Origin: Candidatus Bathyarchaeia archaeon | GTDB lineage: Archaea; Thermoproteota; Bathyarchaeia; Bathyarchaeales; Bathycorpusculaceae | NCBI GenBank assembly: GCA_049515895.1 | Contig: JBEKTQ010000015.1 | Coordinates: 1 to 64,000 of the forward strand | Reading direction: 5' to 3' | DNA: 64,000 bases | Shown here: piece after piece, positions 57,073 through 64,000 of the stretch | How the letters are laid out: every line of letters starts with the position of its first letter | Position numbering within the stretch: position 1 is the stretch's first letter | Program-made: the position numbers and the translations under genes | Notes under the pieces: model-generated | What the model saw: the letters and a program-made list of their open reading frames with translations, nothing else | The model's database searches: none | What the model was told of the DNA's origin: nothing

Positions 57073-59892
57073 TCAACGCCTCTTTTTCATATTTGTACCC
57101 CTTAGAATTCCTAGGATTTCCTCTCTGTTAATATAGACATATAATGCGCAAATAGCTGCAGTGGCAGATATTGATATTACCGCGGCATAATAGAACCAAA
57201 GTTGAGGTTCATACTCAAGTGTTATATAAAATTGACCTGTTTTTTCAATTACAAGCCCTTGAAGGCCAAGATACAAAGCAGTAGAGGTAACTTGCTTACC
57301 GTCTGCATAAGCAACCCAGGATTTATCAAACGCTTGAGTGGTTGCGAGAATGAAGGGTTGACTTGCATTCACCGTTACTATTATTTTTGTGGGGTTTAGG
57401 TTTTGTACATTCAAGATTGTTGCAGTTTGGTTTTGGAGGGTATCATTGAAAAGATTGCCAAGTCCAGCAGTGTTTAATACATGAATGAAACCAGTTACGC
57501 TAACGTTTTGCAACCATAAGGTGGATTGAGAAGCTAGGGTAGCATTAAGACCAAACCAAACTTGTATTCTGAGATATTCAGCATTTGAGAATCGCGAAAA
57601 TGTAAAAGATTTAGGGGTCAATGGAAAAGTCCCATTGTTCACTGTCACCACTGAAGCGTTATTTATGACGCCCATATTTGAATCATACTGTACCATGCAT
57701 ATTTGAACATCAATAGCATTTTGTCCCGTCACAGTAGCATTAATCGCATAATTGGTGGCTTTCTGAGTAGGCAAAAGAGGAGATTCGATTTCTTCCAAAT
57801 ACGCAGTGGAACTTGAAAGCTCCGTTTTAAGGTAATTATCATCTTGACTTACTATTCCCGCACTTTGCATTTGACGCATACTTTGGTTAGAATATATTGT
57901 AGCCTGCCAATCTTGAACAGCAGCATCGGAACTAAAGTTCCAGTTCTCTTCAAAAATTGTTTTATTTTCTATTGCGATGTCTGATTGCTGTAATGATGAC
58001 GGCGATATCACGTACAAAGAGGGCGTAGCCTCAGCATACTCGTAAATATTCAACTCCCCAAATCTTTCAACTAAACGAAGATAAGGCTGCTCAGCAAAGA
58101 AAGCCTGCACTTCAGCAGGAGACATTATATCTGTATAGTTATAGTTAGGAGGCTGTTCAATTGAGAAAGTCTGCTCATTGGCAGGCGTTATATCTGTAAA
58201 GTTATATTCATCTCTACCCGTAAAATTATAGTAAACATCATTGCGTTGCAAAATATATTGAACACCAAGCAAATCCAACAACGCCTTGAACTCAAGTGGA
58301 TTATTGTAAACCATTGTATAATTTAATTCTTCAAGAATAGCAGCGGTATCATTATTGATTTTATAACCATTGAGAGAATCCGTTGAAACAAGTGGTTTAT
58401 CAATCAAACTATCTATCAATTGATCAGTGCCATAATACCCTGAAGCCCAATTGTAAGGCATCTGATAAAAATCATCAAGAGGCGTGATCAGAACCTTCCC
58501 GTCGCCTTGCTGACTGTTAATCCAGTTAGTTGCTTGAAGCCAATAATCAGGAATTTTAACATACGAAGAGAAAGGCAGTTTCGAAGTGTAAGTTTCAATT
58601 GGCCCGTAAGTCCCATTAGGCGCGTGTGCGATAAAAATTAACGGATAAACAGCTGCAACAAACATCAATAGCACCAAAAATACGATCAAACCCTTAGTGA
58701 ACCGAAAATTAAATCTTTTAATCTTAGCGTTCGCAAGATTTCCGACAGAGTACCCAACAAGCAAAGCCAAAAATGGCATCATCAACAACGTAAACTTAGA
58801 TGTAGGTTCTCTAAACATGCTCATCAAAGAGATATGTTGGTAAATCCACAAATCATTAATCGACCCATTCAAACCCTTTGCAAAGAACAATAAAACAAGA
58901 ATTGCCCCCATTACATATGCGTTAAAACGCGATTTTTCACCTTTAAAAAGCAAAGCAGAGGCAGCAACAAGAAAAGGAGCAAAAACCAAAATTACTAAAA
59001 CGGGATTCGAGTAAATGCTAAGTGTATTTGCTGGAACATAATCAGATAACCAACCCCAAAAACCATTCAACCAAAACAAATTCAAGAAAGACGCTCGTTC
59101 AGTGGTCCAGCTCCAAGCAGTAGCACTAATTGAGGAACTAAAGGCTTGAGATGAAAGGAAATAATAGTTTAGAATTGGAATTATCCACCACAAATTAATT
59201 GGGATTGCTAAACCTGCAATTTTGCCAAACGAAATGAGAAGTTGACGTAAATGTTTTCTAAACTTAACCAAGTAATATACAACAAAAATGCAAAGTCCAA
59301 AAGCCATCAACGCTAAATTTGCAGGATTTATACTTGCAAAAGAAAAAGCCACCACAGAGATTAACGCAAAATAAATAATATTTCGGTTGGCTTTTTTGTT
59401 ATCTTTCTGATAGGTTGCGTTTACAATTTTGACAAACAAAACCAACAAAAGAGGAAGGAAAGCGTAAATCCATATAAATCCTATATTGCGTCTGTTGTCA
59501 AGTGCAAAAAAATTAAACATGTAAAAAAAACCAGCGGCAAAGCCAGCGAATTTAAGTTCTGGGTAAACTGTCTTCGAAAAATAATACATGGAAAACCCCC
59601 CTATCATAAACAGAAAAGTTTGGAAAATAATCTGAACGTAGCCTACACTCAATCCTAAGTAAACTAAAAAGGTACTAGGATATTGATAAAGTGCGTAAGC
59701 CGGTGTTGGAGTTGCGGAACCAAGAAAAGCATTTGACCACAAAAATGTCCCTGTTCTAAAAGAGTTTGAAGGGTTCAAAAAGATAGGAAAATCATCGCCG
59801 TTACTAATAATATATCCGGATCTTAACCAAAGAAGTGGAACTAATCCTGCAATGAAGAGAAGAATTAATTCAATTGCAGTAGTCTTATTCAT
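57073..59892 (-). CDS. Large membrane protein, AftD/DUF3367-like GT-C candidate
   Basis: N-terminal GDD loop, about 12 TM helices, MFREPTSKF, KIPDYW, LGVQYILQRND, beta-rich domain, C-terminal TM. Confidence 0.65.
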   Translation of the reverse strand: MNKTTAIELILLFIAGLVPLLWLRSGYIISNGDDFPIFLNPSNSFRTGTFLWSNAFLGSATPTPAYALYQYPSTFLVYLGLSVGYVQIIFQTFLFMIGGFSMYYFSKTVYPELKFAGFAAGFFYMFNFFALDNRRNIGFIWIYAFLPLLLVLFVKIVNATYQKDNKKANRNIIYFALISVVAFSFASINPANLALMAFGLCIFVVYYLVKFRKHLRQLLISFGKIAGLAIPINLWWIIPILNYYFLSSQAFSSSISATAWSWTTERASFLNLFWLNGFWGWLSDYVPANTLSIYSNPVLVILVFAPFLVAASALLFKGEKSRFNAYVMGAILVLLFFAKGLNGSINDLWIYQHISLMSMFREPTSKFTLLMMPFLALLVGYSVGNLANAKIKRFNFRFTKGLIVFLVLLMFVAAVYPLIFIAHAPNGTYGPIETYTSKLPFSSYVKIPDYWLQATNWINSQQGDGKVLITPLDDFYQMPYNWASGYYGTDQLIDSLIDKPLVSTDSLNGYKINNDTAAILEELNYTMVYNNPLEFKALLDLLGVQYILQRNDVYYNFTGRDEYNFTDITPANEQTFSIEQPPNYNYTDIMSPAEVQAFFAEQPYLRLVERFGELNIYEYAEATPSLYVISPSSLQQSDIAIENKTIFEENWNFSSDAAVQDWQATIYSNQSMRQMQSAGIVSQDDNYLKTELSSSTAYLEEIESPLLPTQKATNYAINATVTGQNAIDVQICMVQYDSNMGVINNASVVTVNNGTFPLTPKSFTFSRFSNAEYLRIQVWFGLNATLASQSTLWLQNVSVTGFIHVLNTAGLGNLFNDTLQNQTATILNVQNLNPTKIIVTVNASQPFILATTQAFDKSWVAYADGKQVTSTALYLGLQGLVIEKTGQFYITLEYEPQLWFYYAAVISISATAAICALYVYINREEILGILRGTNMKKRR

Positions 59893-60024
59893 TGATTAGA
59901 GTCCAGCCGCCATTACACTGATTGACCTGTTTTTATTACCATTTCTCTATAAGAAGGTTAAGCTTTGTATAAATTAAGAAACAAATGTGAATAAAAAGGA
60001 GATTATTAATAAATTATTTTTCCA

Positions 60025-61053
60025 TCATGAAACGACGAAATTTGGCACTCCGATAGTCCTGAAAACATTTAATTTACAGTAGCCCTTCATCATTTTTTTC
60101 ACGATTTCTCGGTCGCTAATTTTTCTTATCTGTTGAACTGCAGCCCGATAACGAAAGGTGTCTGGAAGAGATTTAAAATTCCAAAAAATCGCTTTTAATA
60201 TATTTTGAGAAGTGTTTGGTTTAAGAACGCACATCCAAAAAACAGATTCAAAAATAAGTAGAGCAACGTAAAGGGGAACGGTTTTAAACATATTTGATAA
60301 ATCATAGTTTTTTATGAGGGTCCGCAAAGTGTTTCTTTCCCTAAGAAAGACTCGCCTAACATTTGTTTCATAGCTTGTTGTCTTGATAACGCCGCCTAGA
60401 ATGCTTGCACCACTCGCATGATAGATTTTGGCAGTTTTGTTCACCGTTATTTTGTACCCTGCCAGTTGCACGCGCCAACATAAATCAAGGTCCTCTGCAA
60501 ACATGAAATATTTTTCATCGAAAAAACCAATCTTTCTTAAGAGTTCTGCTTTAATCATCATCGCGCAACCAGATACAAAAAAAACACTCACATTATCTAA
60601 AGAACTTTTTACCGCTAATGGATAACCAAACCTATCTATCCCAACGCCTATTTCTTGTATTGAACTATTATTTTTTAGATCAAATACAGCCGGACCTAAA
60701 ATACCAATCGAGCCATCACTATCAGCAGTACCAATCAGCTTTTCAAGCAGGTCCTTCTCTACGGAAGTGTCGTTATTGAGCAGAAATACATAATCAGCTT
60801 TCCGACTAAGAGCAAATTCGATGGCTAAATTGTTTCCTTTTGCAAATCCAAAATTCTTAACAGTCTGCAAAAGCGTAATGTTCGGAAAATTCTTGCTCAC
60901 GAAATCCGCCGAATCATCAGTTGAAGCATTGTCATAAACAACTATTCTGCAATTAGTATAAGTCTGCAGTTCAAGTGAAGAGAGACACGCCTTTAGATAT
61001 TCCACACCGTTATAATTGAGGACAATAACGTAAACAAGAGGAGTGCTAGTCAT
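60025..61053 (-). CDS. GT2 glycosyltransferase
   Basis: VLNYNG, DNASTD, LLNND, FAEDLDLCWR. Confidence 0.92.
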   Translation of the reverse strand: MTSTPLVYVIVLNYNGVEYLKACLSSLELQTYTNCRIVVYDNASTDDSADFVSKNFPNITLLQTVKNFGFAKGNNLAIEFALSRKADYVFLLNNDTSVEKDLLEKLIGTADSDGSIGILGPAVFDLKNNSSIQEIGVGIDRFGYPLAVKSSLDNVSVFFVSGCAMMIKAELLRKIGFFDEKYFMFAEDLDLCWRVQLAGYKITVNKTAKIYHASGASILGGVIKTTSYETNVRRVFLRERNTLRTLIKNYDLSNMFKTVPLYVALLIFESVFWMCVLKPNTSQNILKAIFWNFKSLPDTFRYRAAVQQIRKISDREIVKKMMKGYCKLNVFRTIGVPNFVVS

Positions 61054-62137
61054 TGGTTATCCGCTTCAGGAATTCGTCAGCCGTCTTCTCCCAAGAGAAT
61101 TGTTTAGAATAATTCAAGGCATTATTACTTAACCGTTCTCTAAGGGAGCTATCCCCTAATATTCTTAGTGTTTTGTCTGCAAGATCCTCAATATTGCCGG
61201 TCTCCGCCAGCAAACCTGTTTCCGAATTAATTATGCTATCGCAAAGTCCAGGCACATCATAAGCGACCGCGGGTACCCCTAGCGCGTTAGCTTCAATGAC
61301 ATTTAGGCCCCAGCCTTCTCGTAATCCTGGAACCACTAGAACCCAACCCTTTTTCATTAACTCCCTTCGCTCAGCATTATCCAAGTTTCCAAGAAAACTG
61401 ATCCCCTTCTCGGAAATGCGTTCAAGCGTGCGTCGAAATGGTCCATCACCGAAAACCCACAATTCAGAATCAGACAAATGGTCTTTCACTATCTTAAACG
61501 CTTTGAGTGCGTGATCAGGTCGCTTAGCTCGTTTCAAACGACCTGAGAAAACCACAACTGGCTTAGAATCTTTCTCGGGTAAACAATCCAAAGGCTTAAA
61601 ATTCAAACCCTGAGGAACAACAGAAACGCGTTTAAACCCCAAATTTGTCAGGTCTTTACGTGTGCTCTCGGAAACTGTTACTGTAGGCACGTCAACATAC
61701 TGTTTTAGCCAACGATTCTCAAGAAAATGATAACCCAAGTAACTAATTGGAAAAGGCATTTCATAAAACCAGTACTCTCGAGCCAACTGATGAATTAAAG
61801 CCACAACTTTCTCGTTATTTTTTATGAATTTTGGCGCAAAAAAAGGGACAGTATTAATCTCATCAATGACTACGTCAAATTTTTGTGCTTTAAATCGTTT
61901 AGCGTAATTTTTTTTGGCTGCCTGATAAACAGTTAATCTTCCGCCTGCTCTAACAATCTCTATTCCATCGAGAAAATCTTCTCTCTTGCTACCAGGAAAT
62001 TGGGAAGTAAACAAGCTAACTTCGTGACCTGATGCAACCCAGCGTTTTGCAACTTCGTGGGTAAAAACTTCAGCTCCGCCCATGTCGGGGTTAAGCCAAC
62101 AACGCCAATTAAGCCAAAGGATCTTCAAACTTTCCAT
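61046..62137 (-). CDS. GT4 glycosyltransferase
   Basis: GGAEVF, SGRLKRAKRPD, EGWGLNVIEANA. Confidence 0.92.
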   Translation of the reverse strand: MESLKILWLNWRCWLNPDMGGAEVFTHEVAKRWVASGHEVSLFTSQFPGSKREDFLDGIEIVRAGGRLTVYQAAKKNYAKRFKAQKFDVVIDEINTVPFFAPKFIKNNEKVVALIHQLAREYWFYEMPFPISYLGYHFLENRWLKQYVDVPTVTVSESTRKDLTNLGFKRVSVVPQGLNFKPLDCLPEKDSKPVVVFSGRLKRAKRPDHALKAFKIVKDHLSDSELWVFGDGPFRRTLERISEKGISFLGNLDNAERRELMKKGWVLVVPGLREGWGLNVIEANALGVPAVAYDVPGLCDSIINSETGLLAETGNIEDLADKTLRILGDSSLRERLSNNALNYSKQFSWEKTADEFLKRITND

Positions 62138-62153
62138 TCACTTCACTATATAA

Positions 62154-62906
62154 CTAGAAACTGCGTTTCGGACCTTTTGTAACGGAAGTTTGCCGTTGAT
62201 ACCATCGAATCACTCTAAGCCTGTAAGCTATTCCAAGCAAATCGAGAAACATGTGCCACATCTCTTTTGGCTTGAACTCAGCATCTAACTTGATATTTAC
62301 AGGCATCTCAACAACTTTTAGACCATAAAGATTCGCGACCGCCAGCAACTCAACGTCGAAAGCATAACGCTTGACAGCCAATCTGGGAAAAATGTCGATA
62401 AACGCACTTTTCTTCATTGCTTTGAGCCCAGACTGGGTATCTTTAAGAGGCAACCCAGTAAGAAAACGAACCAAGCCATTGAAGACTTCGCTCAAAATTC
62501 GTCGAGACACCGGCACTTCTACTTGGGAATCAACATGCCGTTTAGAAGCTATAACAATGTCACCTTGCTTTAAAGCTTCAAGATATTCTGAAATAGTTCC
62601 TAAGTCGATGTCCATATCGCCATCAGTAAAAATCACGACGCTCCCACTAGTCTGCATAAAACCAGTCTTCACAGCATACCCTTTCCCCACGTTCTCTTTG
62701 TAACTCAACACTTTAACGTGACCGTTTCTCCCAGCGTACTTCCTCGCTATTGCCAAAGTGCAGTCTTTACTCCCGTCATCAACGACGACAATTTCATACG
62801 GCAAATTCTTACGCTTGAAAACAGCGTCTATGGTTCCGAGGGTGTCTTCGATGAAAAGTTCTTCATTGTAAGCTGGAATCACAAATGACAGTTCAACTTG
62901 CTCCAT
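62154..62906 (-). CDS. GT2 dolichyl-phosphate hexosyltransferase-like
   Basis: IPAYNEE, DDGSKD, GKGYAV, TDGD, DTQSGLK, AFDVELL. Confidence 0.9.
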   Translation of the reverse strand: MEQVELSFVIPAYNEELFIEDTLGTIDAVFKRKNLPYEIVVVDDGSKDCTLAIARKYAGRNGHVKVLSYKENVGKGYAVKTGFMQTSGSVVIFTDGDMDIDLGTISEYLEALKQGDIVIASKRHVDSQVEVPVSRRILSEVFNGLVRFLTGLPLKDTQSGLKAMKKSAFIDIFPRLAVKRYAFDVELLAVANLYGLKVVEMPVNIKLDAEFKPKEMWHMFLDLLGIAYRLRVIRWYQRQTSVTKGPKRSF

Positions 62907-63179
62907 CTAAAGCAACTCCGTTTTTTTTCCTTTATTTTTACTTTTGCAAGCAAGTTGTAAAATGACTCCAGCAGCCAAAGCAAAATAGGCCAAATCCGCT
63001 GCATTGGAAGCCCATGCTGATCCTACGGCCAAAAGAACAGCGGCGGCAAATAAGAGCGCCATAAATCCCGCGATGAATGGGTAACCCCAATCTCCCTTAG
63101 ACCATTCGCTAAACTTAACGTAAATGTTGGAGAGGTATTCTCTTTTTGTCATCACGAGTGTTGTCGTTGACATTAGCAT
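62907..63179 (-). CDS. Small 2-TM membrane protein
   Basis: WGYPFIAGFMALL...AADLAYFALAAGVILQL; abuts the GT2 gene. Confidence 0.7.
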   Translation of the reverse strand: MLMSTTTLVMTKREYLSNIYVKFSEWSKGDWGYPFIAGFMALLFAAAVLLAVGSAWASNAADLAYFALAAGVILQLACKSKNKGKKTELL

Positions 63180-63315
63180 TTTAATCGGATTTAACGTTTA
63201 CCCTTAATTACTCCCACATCATCCATACTTAATGAGTAGCAGTATGCCTGCTAGCTGATGTGCTGAAAACATTCTCCCGGATGTTTGAGAGCATCTGACT
63301 TTCACCTTACATCAA

Positions 63316-63999
63316 CTAATTTGAAGCATATTTGTAAATAGCAATTTCGCCACTATGGTAGATTTCATGAAATGATGACGACACAGTTGGTTGCCCATAC
63401 CATCCTTTTCCATTTACCCACCATATTAGATATATTTGTGTGTGTCCTTCTTGGACAATTCTCATTGCGGCAGTAGCTGGATCCTCAAAGCCGTAGTATC
63501 TAACCTGATTCACATTTAGAGTTAGCAATGCCCAACCGTAAAAGGCGGTGTGAGTGAGCAAAAGTGCACTGCTATTTACGTTCTCTTTGAACCATTGAAG
63601 GACGTTGACTGTACTTTGACAGTCGGCAGCCGATATAGTGTTCTGCAGCATTGAGGTTGGAATTTGGCTAAGATAAGCATTGAATTGCTTTGGATCAAAG
63701 TACGCCAAGGGTTGTTGTGATGTCATAAATATAAAGCCAAGACTCAGAACAGTCGTTGACAAGACAAGATATAAAACTGCAATTCTCTGCAAGGTGAATA
63801 TGGAGCGCTTCCATCTAATTGTTTTCAGCCTGCTCAGGCTTTCTGTCGCGTAGAATGCAATTGGATACACGAGCATCAATAACCAACGGTAAGGACTCAC
63901 GGAAGTCGGTATCAACAGTAAAATCAAGCTCAAAAGAAGCCAAGATCTGAGTTGCAGGTTTCCAAATTGCTTGAAACTTATCGCCATCAAAGGCAACAA
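63316..63999 (-). CDS. Membrane protein, C-terminal part (runs off the right edge)
   Basis: TM helices followed by a soluble domain (LQWFKEN...IYLIWW); open at the window edge. Confidence 0.7.
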   Translation of the reverse strand: MLPLMAISFKQFGNLQLRSWLLLSLILLLIPTSVSPYRWLLMLVYPIAFYATESLSRLKTIRWKRSIFTLQRIAVLYLVLSTTVLSLGFIFMTSQQPLAYFDPKQFNAYLSQIPTSMLQNTISAADCQSTVNVLQWFKENVNSSALLLTHTAFYGWALLTLNVNQVRYYGFEDPATAAMRIVQEGHTQIYLIWWVNGKGWYGQPTVSSSFHEIYHSGEIAIYKYASN

Positions 64000-64000
64000 A

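Overview
Archaeal chromosomal window, most likely TACK lineage (Bathyarchaeia-like, inferred from the 16S 5' end, ribosomal protein style and frequent TTG starts). Left to right: (1) 5' end and leader of a 16S rRNA gene, preceded by two unexplained 10-bp-period repeat arrays. (2) RsmC-like methyltransferase, cbf5 and rpl14e. (3) tRNA-Leu(TAA) with a D-loop BHB intron, followed by a variable region with a degenerate tRNA 3'-end copy, a frameshifted kinase remnant and a solute-binding-protein + PAS histidine kinase pair. (4) The conserved rpl31e-rpl39e-PDCD5-rps19e ... yhbY-rnp4 string, split by a ~19 kb metabolic block. That block encodes quinone tailoring enzymes (long-chain polyprenyl synthase, MenA-like prenyltransferase, VTE3/MenG-like methyltransferase), flavin dehydrogenases, partial TCA/methylcitrate enzymes, a ComA/HSA32-like protein, and an unusual Rieske/cytochrome b/blue-copper complex. 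In that complex the Rieske protein carries an N-terminal cytochrome b5-like domain and cytochrome b has Lys in place of the fourth heme-ligand His. (5) A >32 kb surface-glycan locus (rml, ugd, galU, gmd/fcl, aminotransferase, ATP-grasp, many glycosyltransferases, large membrane proteins) containing a methyltransferase broken by a 5-bp duplication. All calls are from motif recognition by eye; no searches were run.
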